64,000 bases of DNA from an uncultured Actinomycetes bacterium (GTDB taxonomy: Bacteria; Actinomycetota; Thermoleophilia; Solirubrobacterales; Solirubrobacteraceae), in NCBI GenBank assembly GCA_963746165.1, contig CAVVAG010000022.1, positions 38,822 to 102,821 on the forward strand. The letters are read 5' to 3'. Each line of letters begins with the position of its first letter. The stretch's first letter is position 1. The translations under genes and the position numbers were made by a program. Of the stretch, positions 47,857 to 57,972 are shown one piece after another. The notes under the pieces were generated by a model. It was given only the letters and a program-made list of their open reading frames with translations. It was not told the origin of the DNA and searched no databases.

Positions 47857-48654
47857 GTGTCCTATGTGACATCGGACGATGACAAGGATCTGACGATCGA
47901 CGAGCTGGCGCGGAAGATCGGCATGACGGTGCGCAACGTCCGCGCGCATCAGTCACGAGGGCTGCTGCCGCCGCCGGTGCTGCGCGGTCGCACCGGCTAC
48001 TACGGCGCCGAGCACGTCGCTCGCCTCGAGCTCATCCAGGAGCTCCAGGAGGAGGGCTTCAACCTCGAGCTCATCAAGCGCCTGCTCGAGGGCGCCGGAG
48101 GCTCGAGCAGCGAGGTGCTGCGCTTCAAGCACGCGCTGGCGCGCCCGTTCGGCGACGAGGAGCCGGCCAGCGTCAGCATCGCCGACCTCATCGCGCAGTG
48201 GGGCACCGCCGATCCGAAGCACCTCATGAAGGCGCTGTCGATCGGCCTCGTGCGCCAGCTGCCCGACGGGCGCTTCGAGGTGCAGAGCCCGCGCCTGGCC
48301 AAGGCCGGGATGGAGCTGCAGCGTCTCGGCGTTCCGCTCGAGCGCTCGCTGGAGTTCACCGGCAACGTGCGCGACCAGGCCGACCGTCTCGCGCAGACCT
48401 ACGTCGACCTCTTTCTCGAGACGGTCTGGACGCCGTTCGAGCGCGCCGGGCTGCCGAGCGAGGGCTGGCCGGAGGTGCAGGAGGCGCTCGAGCGCCTGCA
48501 CCCGCTGGCGTCGGAGTCGCTGCTGGCCGTCTTCGGGATGGCGATGAAGGCCGCGGTCGATCGCGCGTCGGCGCAGGCGCTGAAGCGGATGGCGGGCGCG
48601 GGCGACACGGCCGAGGAGCCTGCGGACGAGGCCGCGCCCGCGGCGACGTCATGA
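47857..48654 (+). CDS. MerR-family transcriptional regulator
   Basis: LTIDELARKIGMTVRNVRAHQSRGLLPPP...GYYGAEHVARLELIQELQEEGF. GTG start at 47857 or 47866. Confidence 0.8.
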   Translation: MSYVTSDDDKDLTIDELARKIGMTVRNVRAHQSRGLLPPPVLRGRTGYYGAEHVARLELIQELQEEGFNLELIKRLLEGAGGSSSEVLRFKHALARPFGDEEPASVSIADLIAQWGTADPKHLMKALSIGLVRQLPDGRFEVQSPRLAKAGMELQRLGVPLERSLEFTGNVRDQADRLAQTYVDLFLETVWTPFERAGLPSEGWPEVQEALERLHPLASESLLAVFGMAMKAAVDRASAQALKRMAGAGDTAEEPADEAAPAATS

Positions 48655-49178
48655 AGTGCGAGCTGCCGACGCTGCGCGGCGAGCGCGTGGCGCTGCGGCC
48701 GCTGGCGGCCGAGGATGCCGACCGGCTGGCGCGTCTGGTGCTCGAGCCGGAGGTCGCGCGGTGGTGGGGCTCACGGCCGGACGACTTCGAGTACCACCGC
48801 GACGGGTTCGTCGCGGACGCCGCCGGCAACGACGCCTTCGCGATCGAGGTCGACGGCGTGCTGGCGGGGTGGCTGGGCGTCTACGAGGAGGAGGAGCCCG
48901 ACTACCGCCATGCCGGCCTGGACATCTTCCTCGAGCCCGCGTTGCACGGGGCGGGGCACGGGTCGGCGGCGCTGCGGATGGCGGCGCGCTGGCTCATCGA
49001 GGACTGTGGCCATCACCGGCTGATCATCGATCCCGCGGCCGCCAACGAGCGCGCGATCGCGGTCTACGCCTCGATCGGCTTTCGTCCCGTGGGCATCATG
49101 CGCGGCTACGAGCGCGGGGCGGACATGGCGTGGCACGACAGCCTGCTGATGGACATGCTGGCCGGCGAGCTGCGTTAG
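48651..49178 (+). CDS. GNAT-family N-acetyltransferase
   Basis: ATGA overlap with the merR-like gene. LHGAGHGSAALRMAARWL...AIAVYASIGFRPVG. Confidence 0.8.
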   Translation: MKCELPTLRGERVALRPLAAEDADRLARLVLEPEVARWWGSRPDDFEYHRDGFVADAAGNDAFAIEVDGVLAGWLGVYEEEEPDYRHAGLDIFLEPALHGAGHGSAALRMAARWLIEDCGHHRLIIDPAAANERAIAVYASIGFRPVGIMRGYERGADMAWHDSLLMDMLAGELR

Positions 49179-49254
49179 CGCCCGCCGGCGCTGACGGACG
49201 GCGGCGGCGCCGGGGTTGCGCGTTGGGGCGCGGCGCGGTGTACTGCTGCTCTGG

Positions 49255-50355
49255 ATGGGCGAGGCGGTGCTGACCCGGCGCGAGCTCAACCGCGCGACGC
49301 TGGCGCGCCAGATGCTGCTCGAGCGTGAGGCGGGTGTCGCCGTGCGGGCGGCGGTCGACCGGATCGGCGGGATGCAGGCGCAGGAGCCCAAGCACCCGTT
49401 CGTCGGGCTGTGGACGCGGATGGCGGAGTTCTCGGCGGATGCGCTGCTCGGCGCGCTCGCGGAGCGCGAGGTCGTGCGGGCGACGCTCATGCGCTCGACG
49501 CTGCACCTGCTCAGCGCCGCGGACTACGCGGCGCTGCGGCTCGCGCTGCAGCCGCCCGCGTCGGTCGCGCTGCGCGTCCTGGGCGCGCGAGCCGAGGGCC
49601 TGGATCCGGTGGGGGTGGTGTCCGCTACGCGTGAGCTGCTGGCGGGCCGGCCGCTGACGTTCGACGCGATCCGCGCGGGGCTGCAGGAGCGATTTCCCGA
49701 GGTCAACGACCGTGCGCTGGGCTACGCCGCGCGGACGCTCGTGCCGCTCGTGATGGTGCCCGACGCGGCTGGGCGCTGGGGCTATCCGCGCGCCGGCGAG
49801 TTCGCGCTGGCCGAGGAGTTCCTCGACGGGCCGCTGGCGCCGGCGGCGCCCGCGGCGCTCGCGGCGCGCTACCTCGGGGCGTACGGGCCGGCGAGCGCGG
49901 CGGACGTGCAGGCGTGGTCGGGGGTGGGCGGGATGAAGGCCGTGCTCGACGGCATGCGCTCGGAGCTGGAAGTGTTCGCCGACGAGCGCGGGCGCGAGCT
50001 GTTCGACCTGCCCGACGCGCCGCGGCCGGGCGCCGGCGTCGCCGCGCCCGTGCGCTTCCTGCCGGAGTTCGACAATCTCGTGCTCGCCTACGACGACCGC
50101 TCCCGCGTCATCGCCGACGAGCACCGTCCGCTCGTGACGACGAAGAACCTGCGCGTGAAGGCCACGTTCCTCGTCGACGGCGTCGTGGCGGGGATCTGGA
50201 CGGTCGCGACGAAGCGGCGGGTGGCGACGTTGTCGCTCGAGCCGTTCGTCTCGCTGCCGCAGCGGGCGGTCAAGGCGCTGACCGCGGAGGGCGAGGCGCT
50301 GGCGCGCTTCGCCGAGCCCGAGGCGCGCGACTGGGCGGTCGCCGTCGCGACGTGA
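49255..50355 (+). CDS. winged-helix DNA-binding domain protein (YcaQ/DUF1006-like)
   Basis: LTRRELNRATLARQMLLER...GGMQAQEP...VRATLMRSTLHLL...FLPEFDNLVLAYDDR. Confidence 0.75.
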   Translation: MGEAVLTRRELNRATLARQMLLEREAGVAVRAAVDRIGGMQAQEPKHPFVGLWTRMAEFSADALLGALAEREVVRATLMRSTLHLLSAADYAALRLALQPPASVALRVLGARAEGLDPVGVVSATRELLAGRPLTFDAIRAGLQERFPEVNDRALGYAARTLVPLVMVPDAAGRWGYPRAGEFALAEEFLDGPLAPAAPAALAARYLGAYGPASAADVQAWSGVGGMKAVLDGMRSELEVFADERGRELFDLPDAPRPGAGVAAPVRFLPEFDNLVLAYDDRSRVIADEHRPLVTTKNLRVKATFLVDGVVAGIWTVATKRRVATLSLEPFVSLPQRAVKALTAEGEALARFAEPEARDWAVAVAT

Positions 50356-50386
50356 CGCCGTTCGCCTGGCGGCCGGAGCGGATGAC

Positions 50387-51292
50387 CTACGCGGCTGCGC
50401 GGCCGTGCTCGACCACGAGCCGGCGCAGGCGGTCGTCGTCGGGCTCGGAGGGCTTCGTCGTGGTGACGAACTCGCGCAGCGTCGTGACGAAGCCGACGGG
50501 GTCGTCGTGGTGGGGGAAGTGGCCCGAGCCCTCGAAGATGCGCAGGCGGCTGCCCGGCATGCGCTCGTGCGCGCGGATGCCGTGGCGCGCCGGGATGATC
50601 GGGTCGCTGTCGCCCCACATGATCAGCGTCGGGACGGCGGCGGCGAGGTAGAGCTTGTCGGTCGCGTCGACGCGCTGGCCGTAGACGTCGATGACCGAGC
50701 GCGCCGTGTGGACGAACGCCCGGCGCGCCTCGATCTCCTGCAGCGAGGCGAGGCCGGCCGCCATCTCGGCGATGTCGGTGCCCGTGCGCAGGCCGATCTT
50801 CCCGATCCAGCCGCCGAGGGTGGCGCCCGCGTTCACGATCGCCCTCGAGGCCAGCAGCGGCAGCATGAGCTCGGCGCCGGGAAGCGCGACCGCGCGCAGC
50901 ACCGGCGTGACCTGGCGCCCGAGCCCGCCGCTTGAGACGAGCACGAGGCGCTCGACGCGCTCGGGGAACTGGTAGGCCATCTGCATGGCGATGCCGCCGC
51001 CGAGCGAGTGGCCGGCGATCGTCGCGCGGTCGTGGCCGAGCGCGAGCATGAAGTCGCGCAGCAGGGAGGCGAAGGAACCCAGCGAGTAGTCGCCGCGCGG
51101 CTTGGCGGACTCGCCGTGGCCGAGGAGATCGGGGGCGATGACCGTGAAGTCGCGCTCGAGCAGCGCGAGGATCGGCTCCCAGCTCGCCGACGAGTTCGTG
51201 ATGCCGTGGATGAGGATCAGCAGCGGCCCCTGACCGCCGCAGCGGTAGCTGAGGCGGTGGCCGTGCAGCTGGACGTCCTTGATCTCGGTCAT
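50387..51292 (-). CDS. alpha/beta hydrolase
   Basis: LILIHGI, nucleophile elbow GHSLGGG, and a C-terminal GHFPHHDDP. Confidence 0.85.
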   Translation of the reverse strand: MTEIKDVQLHGHRLSYRCGGQGPLLILIHGITNSSASWEPILALLERDFTVIAPDLLGHGESAKPRGDYSLGSFASLLRDFMLALGHDRATIAGHSLGGGIAMQMAYQFPERVERLVLVSSGGLGRQVTPVLRAVALPGAELMLPLLASRAIVNAGATLGGWIGKIGLRTGTDIAEMAAGLASLQEIEARRAFVHTARSVIDVYGQRVDATDKLYLAAAVPTLIMWGDSDPIIPARHGIRAHERMPGSRLRIFEGSGHFPHHDDPVGFVTTLREFVTTTKPSEPDDDRLRRLVVEHGRAAA

Positions 51293-51311
51293 CGGGTCGC
51301 TCGTTCCCCGA

Positions 51312-52568
51312 CTAGGCGATCTGCAGACCCGAGATCGCGCGGGCGATCACGAGCCGCTGGATCTCCGAGGTGCCCTCGAAGATCGTGTAGATCTTCGCGT
51401 CGCGGTGCCAGCGCTCGACCGGGAACTCCCGCGTGTAGCCGTTGCCGCCGAGGATCTGGATCGCGCGCTCGGTCGCCCAGACCGCGACCTCGCCGGCCTT
51501 GAGCTTGCTCATCGACCCCTCCGCGGCCGTGAAGCGCTGGCCGGTGCGCCCCATCCAGGACGCGCGCCAGACGAGCAGCCGCGCGGCGTCGATCTCCATC
51601 TTCATGTCGGCGAGCGCGAACGCGATCGACTGGTTCTCGATGATCGCGCGGCCGAACTGCTTGCGCTGGCCCGCGTACTCCAGCGCGTACTCGTAGGCGG
51701 CGCGGGCGATGCCGATCGCCTGCGCGCCGACGATCGGGCGGGTGGCCTCGAACGTCTGCATCGCCGCCTGTGACTTCGAGCGCCCGCCCTCGCGCGCCCG
51801 GGCGAGCTTCGCGTCGAGCTTCTCCTTGCCGCCGAGGAGACAGCTGCCGGGCACGCGCACGTCGTCGAGGAAGACGTCGGCGGTGTGCGAGGCGCGCAGG
51901 CCGTGCTTCTTGACCTTCGTGCCCTGGGTCAGTCCCGGTGTCCTCGGCGGGATGACGAACGCCGCCTGGCCGCGCGAGCCCAGCGTGCGATCGACGGTCG
52001 CCACGACGACGTGGATGTTCGCGATCCCGCCGTTCGTGGCCCAGGCCTTCTGGCCGTTGAGGACCCATTCGCCCTTGACCTCGTCGTACTTGGCGGTCGT
52101 CCGCAGCGCGGAGACGTCCGAGCCGGCATCGGGCTCGGACACGCAGAAGGAGGCGACCTGCGGCTCGTCGACGGTGCCGAAGCACTGCGGGATGAACTCG
52201 CCCATCTGCTCGGGGGTGCCCGAGCCGAAGATCGACGCCACGGCCAGCGAGGTGCCCATGATCGCCATGCCGATGCCGGCGTCGCCCCAGAAGAGCTCCT
52301 CGTTGGCGATCGGCATCATCAGGCCCGTCGCGTCGGAGTGGAACTGGCCCATCGCCTCGAAGCCGTAGAGGCCGATCTTCGCGGCCTCCTGGATGATCGG
52401 CCACGGCGTCTCCTCGCGCTCGTCCCACTCGTGCGCGGCGGGTCGCAGGACGTTGGCGGCGAAGCCGTGCACCCAGTCGCGGATGTCGCGCTGGTCTGAG
52501 GAGAGCTCGAGCGAGAACGCGGGCGTCAGCTCGGCGTCGGCGGGCGCGGCGTCGGCGGTCGTTGACAT
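51312..52568 (-). CDS. acyl-CoA dehydrogenase
   Basis: 418 aa. [45 protein letters not shown]. Confidence 0.9.
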   Translation of the reverse strand: MSTTADAAPADAELTPAFSLELSSDQRDIRDWVHGFAANVLRPAAHEWDEREETPWPIIQEAAKIGLYGFEAMGQFHSDATGLMMPIANEELFWGDAGIGMAIMGTSLAVASIFGSGTPEQMGEFIPQCFGTVDEPQVASFCVSEPDAGSDVSALRTTAKYDEVKGEWVLNGQKAWATNGGIANIHVVVATVDRTLGSRGQAAFVIPPRTPGLTQGTKVKKHGLRASHTADVFLDDVRVPGSCLLGGKEKLDAKLARAREGGRSKSQAAMQTFEATRPIVGAQAIGIARAAYEYALEYAGQRKQFGRAIIENQSIAFALADMKMEIDAARLLVWRASWMGRTGQRFTAAEGSMSKLKAGEVAVWATERAIQILGGNGYTREFPVERWHRDAKIYTIFEGTSEIQRLVIARAISGLQIA

Positions 52569-52597
52569 GCCGTCAGGCTACTGCGGGCGCGGCCCGT

Positions 52598-52831
52598 TCA
52601 GGCGCGCTTGCGCTTGAGCTGGGAGGCGAGGAACTGGCGCACGCTCGGCACCGCGGGGCGGTCCTTCTCGAGCGCGGTCAGGCACTCCCGGCACAGGCAC
52701 CCCTCGTAGTACTCGGCGAACGCGGCGCGTGTCATGTCGGGCAGCGCGATCTGGCTGCACCAGCAGCCACCCGTATCGGCGCTGCACTGAAACGGCGTGC
52801 CGCAGCGGGGGCAGACGACGGGTGTGGTCAC
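52598..52831 (-). CDS. cysteine-rich CWC-family small protein
   Basis: CPRCG...FQC....GGCWC...CLCRECL. Confidence 0.75.
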   Translation of the reverse strand: MTTPVVCPRCGTPFQCSADTGGCWCSQIALPDMTRAAFAEYYEGCLCRECLTALEKDRPAVPSVRQFLASQLKRKRA

Positions 52832-52870
52832 ACCTACATCTTGACGTAGCCGCTCGGCCTCCGGCGGGGG

Positions 52871-54535
52871 CTAGCGCGGGCGGGCGGAGATGAGCTTGCC
52901 GGGGTTCATGATCCCGGTCGGGTCCACGCGGCCCTTGACCGCTTCGAGCGCGGCGACGCCGAGGTCGCCGATCTCGGTTCGCAGCCACGGCGCGTGGTCG
53001 ACGCCGACGGCGTGGTGATGGGTGATGGTCGCGCCCGCGGTGCTGATCGCGTCGCTCGCGGCCTGCTTGGCGGCCTGCCACTGCGCCAGCTCGGCGCCGG
53101 GCTGCCGGCGGGCGAGGAAGGTGAAGTACAGCGATGCGCCCGTGGGATACAGGTGCGAGACGTGGCACATGACGATGGCCGGTGTGCCGCGCCGGGCGAG
53201 CGCCTGCTGCAGCGCGCTGCGGATCTCGCGGTGTGTCCGGGTGAGCTGCGTCCACGTGGTCGCGGTCTCCAGCGTGTCGACGAGCACGCCGCGGCTCATG
53301 AGCTCGTCTCTGAGATAGGCGCCGTGGAAGCGGCCCTTCGCCCACGCGGCGGCGGGGGCGGGGCCGAGCGCGGCTGCGCCATGGCGGCGCAGGATGCGGC
53401 GCGCACGGGCGCGGCGGCGGGCGATCTCGTCGGCGTCGCCGTCGAAGCCGAGGATCGTCATGCAGCCGGCGTGGCCGCTGCGGCGGGTGCGCGCGTTCAT
53501 GTACGCCCGCAGCAGCCGGGTGGCCGCCGGATGCGACGCGAGCGCGAGCGAGACGCGCGTCTCGTGCTCGTCGGAGAGGCGCGCGACGTCGGGTGCGGCG
53601 CCGGCCTGCTCGAGCTCGCGCAGCGCGTTGGCGCCGGCGTGGAATCCGGGCAGCGCATAGGTGTCGTAGCGCTGCTGCTGCGGGCGTGGGCGGACTCTGA
53701 GCGTCACCTCCGTGATGACGCCGAGGACGCCCTCGGAACCGAGCAGGAGCTCGCGCAGGTCGGGGCCGGCGGCGCTGGCGGGCACGGGGAGCGTGGTCAG
53801 CTCGCCGCTCGGCGTGGCGGCGCGCAGCGCGACGACGAGCTCGTCGATGCGGCCGTAGCCCGTGGAGGCCTGGCCGGCGGAGCGTGTGGCGGCCCAGCCT
53901 CCGACGGTGGAGAACTCGAAGCTCTGCGGGAAGTGGCCGAGCGTGAGCCCCTGGGCCCCGAGCAGCCGCTCCACCTCGGGGCCGAGCGTGCCGGCGCCGA
54001 AGGTGGCGAGCTGCGAGCGCGTGTCGAGGTGGTGCAGGCCGGTGAGCCGCGCGAGGTCGAGGCTGATCGCGGAGGCGAAGGGGCCGCGGAGCGCCTCGAC
54101 GCCGCCGACGACGCTCGTGCCGCCACCGAACGGGACGACCGCGACCTGCTGCCGCCGGCAGACGTCGAGCACCGCCGCGACGTCGTCGTGGTCGGCGGGA
54201 TAGACGACGGCATCGGGCGCCGCGAGGCCGGTGCCGGCGCGGAGGCGCACGAGGTCGGGGTAGGAGCGGCCGGCGGCGTGCGTGATGCGCGAGAGGCGGT
54301 CGGCGCGGACGTGCTCGTCGCCGCCGACCGCCGCGGCGAGCGCCGCGTGCGCGACCGGCGGGAGCGTGGGCTCGGCCAGCGCGACGCGGTCGAGCGCGAC
54401 CGCCGTGGCGCGCGCGCCGCCACCGACGCCGAGCTCGTCGCGAAGCAGCGCGGCCGCGCCGTGCGGCAGCGGGCCGTCGTGGCCGTCGACGCCCCATCCC
54501 CACCAGCGCATCCGCGGAGCGAGCGGGTCGGTCAT
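52871..54535 (-). CDS. FAD-linked oxidase (alkyl-DHAP-synthase/glycolate-oxidase-like)
   Basis: RWWGWG N-terminus, VVPFGGGTSVVGGV, C-terminal HHHAVGVDH and GIMNPGKL. ATG at 54535. Confidence 0.85.
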   Translation of the reverse strand: MTDPLAPRMRWWGWGVDGHDGPLPHGAAALLRDELGVGGGARATAVALDRVALAEPTLPPVAHAALAAAVGGDEHVRADRLSRITHAAGRSYPDLVRLRAGTGLAAPDAVVYPADHDDVAAVLDVCRRQQVAVVPFGGGTSVVGGVEALRGPFASAISLDLARLTGLHHLDTRSQLATFGAGTLGPEVERLLGAQGLTLGHFPQSFEFSTVGGWAATRSAGQASTGYGRIDELVVALRAATPSGELTTLPVPASAAGPDLRELLLGSEGVLGVITEVTLRVRPRPQQQRYDTYALPGFHAGANALRELEQAGAAPDVARLSDEHETRVSLALASHPAATRLLRAYMNARTRRSGHAGCMTILGFDGDADEIARRRARARRILRRHGAAALGPAPAAAWAKGRFHGAYLRDELMSRGVLVDTLETATTWTQLTRTHREIRSALQQALARRGTPAIVMCHVSHLYPTGASLYFTFLARRQPGAELAQWQAAKQAASDAISTAGATITHHHAVGVDHAPWLRTEIGDLGVAALEAVKGRVDPTGIMNPGKLISARPR

Positions 54536-54620
54536 GTGCGACAGCACACCATGAACGGGCGGGGACGTGTCGAATGGCCCTCGTGCGCCAAGGGCTGTTC
54601 GACACACCTCCGAGGCGGCG

Positions 54621-55253
54621 TCAGCTCGTGGTGCGAGCCTTGCGCGCGGCCTTCTTCTTCGTGGCCTCGTCCTGCAGGCGCTGCGCCTCGGCCTGCGCGG
54701 TCAGCGCGGCCTCGCGCTGCTCGAGCGCCCTGGCCTCGGCCTTGAGCTGCTCGAGCCGGGCCTCGTCGGCCTCCTCCTCGATCATCTCGTCGACCTTCGC
54801 GCGCGCCCTGCGGTTGGCCGCCTTGCCTTCCTGCTCGCGGCGCTTGGCGTTCGCCGCGCGCTGCTGCTTGCGCTGCTCGGCGGCCTGGCGCTCGTGCTCG
54901 GCGCGCTTCTCGGCCGCGCTGCGGCGGTCCTCGGCGTCCTCGACGCGGGCGCTGAAGCGCTCGTCGGCCTCGGCGCTGCGGCGCTCGGCCTCCGCGCGCA
55001 GGCGCAGCTCGCGCTCGCGCTCGTCGGCGGCGAGGCGGCGGCGCATCGCGTCCTCGCGCAGCTCGTTGTCGAACAGCGCGATGCCCGCGGCGTCGCGGAG
55101 CGTCGCTTCGAGGCGGTCCACGGCGATGCCGGCCGCGGGCTTCGTGCCGCTGCCGTTGCCGGGTAGCATCGACACGACGATGTCGAGCGGCAGGCGGGTC
55201 AGCTTCACGCCCGCGTCGACCGCGCTGCGCGGGATGTCACGGATCATGCTCAT
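54621..55253 (-). CDS. charged coiled-coil protein (function unknown)
   Basis: 210 aa. The C-terminal 150 aa is E/R/A/K-rich with a heptad-like pattern. It sits 3 nt downstream of the preceding gene. Confidence 0.65.
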   Translation of the reverse strand: MSMIRDIPRSAVDAGVKLTRLPLDIVVSMLPGNGSGTKPAAGIAVDRLEATLRDAAGIALFDNELREDAMRRRLAADERERELRLRAEAERRSAEADERFSARVEDAEDRRSAAEKRAEHERQAAEQRKQQRAANAKRREQEGKAANRRARAKVDEMIEEEADEARLEQLKAEARALEQREAALTAQAEAQRLQDEATKKKAARKARTTS

Positions 55254-55256
55254 CTC

Positions 55257-55763
55257 CTATCGCTCCTCTGGGTCGATCGCGTCGGCGTTCTGTCGCGCGG
55301 CGTTCGCCTCGACCTCGAGGCGAGCGGCCTCCTGGGCCGCGGCGACGCGCTCGGCCTCGGCCGCGCGCTCGGCAAGGTCCGCGCCGCGCTCCTGCAGGCG
55401 CTCCTTCTGGCCCGCGGCCTCCTTCTGGCGCCGCTCGGCTGACTGCGCGGCCGCCTCGGCCTGCAGGCGCTCGCGCTCGATCGCCTCCTCGCGCTCGCGC
55501 GCGGCGATCTCGTTCTCGAGTCGCTCGCGCTCGATCCCGTTCTCGGTGCGCTCGGCTTCCAGATCGGCCTCCGCCTTGGCCTGATCGGCGCGATCGGCGG
55601 CGATCGCGGCATCCGCCTCGGCCTCGACCTGGGCCTGCTGCAGGCGACCTTCGCGAGCGAGATCCTGGTTTCCGACCGCGGATCCCGCCACTTGCTTCAG
55701 CCGCCCCGCGATCTTTCCGGCGAGGCCGCCGCGGGTCCGTTCGGGGGTTTCGGGGTTCGTCAC
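55257..55763 (-). CDS. CsbD-like stress-protein domain fused to a long coiled coil
   Basis: AGGAG Shine-Dalgarno sequence 8 nt before the GTG. GKIAGRLKQVAGSAVGNQDLAREG, then an E/A/R coiled coil. Confidence 0.65.
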   Translation of the reverse strand: MTNPETPERTRGGLAGKIAGRLKQVAGSAVGNQDLAREGRLQQAQVEAEADAAIAADRADQAKAEADLEAERTENGIERERLENEIAAREREEAIERERLQAEAAAQSAERRQKEAAGQKERLQERGADLAERAAEAERVAAAQEAARLEVEANAARQNADAIDPEER

Positions 55764-55930
55764 GTGTTGAGCTCCTGTCGCAGGTTGACGGCCGCGCAGA
55801 TCGGGCCGGACAATCTACTTACCCGTAATAAGGGTCTGGGTCTCTGTGACGACGGACACACAGCGGGCGGTGGCGGCGCCGCCGCGGCGCAGATCGACGC
55901 GCGGAGCAGACGCTCGCGACACGCCCGCAT

Positions 55931-56775
55931 CTATTCGCTGGCCGGTTCGGATGCCCCAAGCACGCGGACGACCTCGTCTCCGTCGACGAGCTCGATGCGC
56001 CCGAACTCGCCCCGCCCCTCACCCATCTGAAAGCAGCTGACCGCGATGAGCCACGCCCGCACGACACGCCCCGGCGCCGGCCCCCCGATCGCCGCCTGAT
56101 GGTCGGCGAGGACAGGCCGCTCCTCGTCGATCCAACGGCCGAGATCCGCCGTTCCGCTCCGCGCGACGATGTGCGTCTCGCGGTGGCGTCAGTGCTCGAG
56201 TGGGCAGCGGTAGGCGAAGCCTGGCGGCGAGGGCCGAGGCGCGGCGCGCGGATCGGTCCCGGCCGCCCAGCGGACGACGACGGCCCGGAGGTCGCCCGAG
56301 ATGGCGCGGTAGGGCACGCGATCGGTCACGAAGGACCCGTCCTCGCGCGGCTCACCCGGGAAGCGACTCCTCAGCTCGGCCGGGCCCTCACGATCGGCGG
56401 TGAAGGTGAACGTGTCGCGCGCGATGTCCTGTGCCGGCCCGTCGCCGACGCGGCCGATCAGCGCGATGCTCGGCCCCCAACCGATGCCCATCGGCCTTGC
56501 GACGTACGCCGTGCCCCACGCGAGACACGTCACTCGTTCGCCGGCACCGGCGTGGATGCCGGTGGCCGTCCACGGTGGCCTGTCGACCCTGACGTCGACG
56601 AGGCGCGCATCCGTTGCCCGCTCCGCGACCAGATCGCAGAGCGCCACACCGTCGACCCGTGTCGCGCCGCCTCCGCCTTCACCCGCGCCCGCCCGGCGCG
56701 GATCGCGCGCGCGAGGGCCTGTCGCCGCGCGCGCCGCAGCCTGGGCTCACGGAACGCCTCCACGACGGCGATCAT
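55931..56775 (-). pseudogene. hypothetical gene interrupted by an in-frame TGA (56189-56191) and probably one frameshift near 56655
   Basis: Track ORF 56189-56647 is followed in the same frame by 85 further stop-free codons at about 85% GC3 (RHRETHIVARSGTADLGRWIDEERPVL...ELVDGDEVVRVLGASEPASE). A helical N-terminal piece (MIAVVEAFREPRLRR...) lies in another frame. Confidence 0.4.
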
Positions 56776-56858
56776 CCGACGATGCGTCTCGACCGTGGCG
56801 ACGCGCGAGGGCGACGAGAGGTCTCGCCCGGGAGCGACGCGAGCGCAGGCGCGCTGAG

Positions 56859-56945
56859 CGGAGGGGGCGGGATTCGAACCCGCGATCCGCTTTCACGGAC
56901 TCCGGTTTTCAAGACCGGTGCATTCAACCGCTCTGCCACCCCTCC
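56859..56945 (-). tRNA. tRNA-Ser (anticodon TGA)
   Basis: GGAGGGG acceptor stem, anticodon arm CCGGT-CTTGAAA-ACCGG, long variable arm, T-arm GCGGGTTCGAATCCCGC, discriminator G. CCA is not encoded. Confidence 0.9.
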
Positions 56946-57074
56946 AGCGAGCCGAACCGTAGCGCCCGCCTGGCCTGAACCGGTGCGTCCACGAGGCGTT
57001 GGCGACCGCCGGGGCAAGCCCTCATCGGCGCACTTCGCAAGGCCCTTTAGACTACGGATCGTCCGACCCCGCCA

Positions 57075-57163
57075 GGAGAGGTGGCCGAGTGGCTGAAGGC
57101 ACTCGCCTGCTAAGCGAGTATGGGGATTAAACTCCATCGCGGGTTCGAATCCCGCCCTCTCCG
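57075..57163 (+). tRNA. tRNA-Ser (anticodon GCT)
   Basis: GGAGAGG acceptor stem, anticodon arm CTCGC-CTGCTAA-GCGAG, long variable arm, T-arm GCGGGTTCGAATCCCGC. Confidence 0.9.
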
Positions 57164-57183
57164 CTACATTGCACGACCCCCAA

Positions 57184-57257
<74 letters not shown>

Positions 57258-57375
57258 TCGAGCAGAACCCCGGCACCGCCGTGCGTCTCGCTCTCCTCGC
57301 ACACGCTCGAGTGCTGTCTGCTCGCCATTGCCGTTGGGACTGGCGCGCGTTACAGGTGGCGTTAGGCGCGACGGG

Positions 57376-57972
57376 TCACGCGGTGATCGGGACGTGTCCC
57401 GGCTGGAGCGGACGCGCTCCAGCCACGCGCCGATCGCGGGGTAGCCATCGAGCGAGAAGGAGCCCTCCTCGGCCACGTGGGTGTAGCCGTAGAGCGCGAT
57501 GTCGGCGATCGAGTAGCGGTCGCCGACGAAGAACTCGCGCGAGGCGAGGTGGTCCTCCATCGCGTCGAGCGCCGCGTAGCCAGCGCGTCGCTTGGGCTCC
57601 ATCTCCGCCTCGCCCGGCTTTTCCTGCGCCCACCTGAGCCAGAAGCGCATGACGGCGATGTTCGGCATGGACGAGTGCTGCTCGAACAACATCCAGTGAA
57701 GCACCTGCGCCCGCTCGTAGCCATCACTGGGCAGGTACTGCGTGTCTTCGGCGAAGTACCACAGGATCGCGTTCGACTCGGCCAGCGGGCGCCCGTCGTC
57801 GAGCACGAGCGTCGGGACGCGCAGACTGTGGGTTGAGGTGACCCAACACCTCAGCGCGGTCGGAGCGATCGACGACGTCCATCTCGCGCCGCTCGTAGCT
57901 CAACCCGAGGTGGGCCAACAGCAGCCGGACCTTGTAGCAGTTGCCGGACACCGGCGAGTCGTAGAGCAGCAT
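57376..57972 (-). pseudogene. glutathione S-transferase with two compensating frameshifts
   Basis: The N-terminus (MLLYDSPVSGNCYKVRLLLAHLGLSYE...LNP) and C-terminus (...QPGHVPITA*) share one frame. The central 138 codons (LRVPTLVLDDGRPLAESNAILWYF...GYPAIGAWLERVRS) are in another. The total of 597 nt is divisible by 3. Confidence 0.7.

Noticed and set aside
56189-56191. TGA read as selenocysteine or a recoded stop.
   Set aside because: No selenoprotein-like context or recognisable SECIS-type hairpin was noticed. The gene also appears frameshifted and lies in the disrupted region.
56772-57137. 121-aa ORF spanning the tRNA-Ser genes, and the tail of ORF 57231-57806 overlapping tRNA-Arg.
   Set aside because: They translate tRNA sequence. 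The second is a read-on caused by the GST frameshift.
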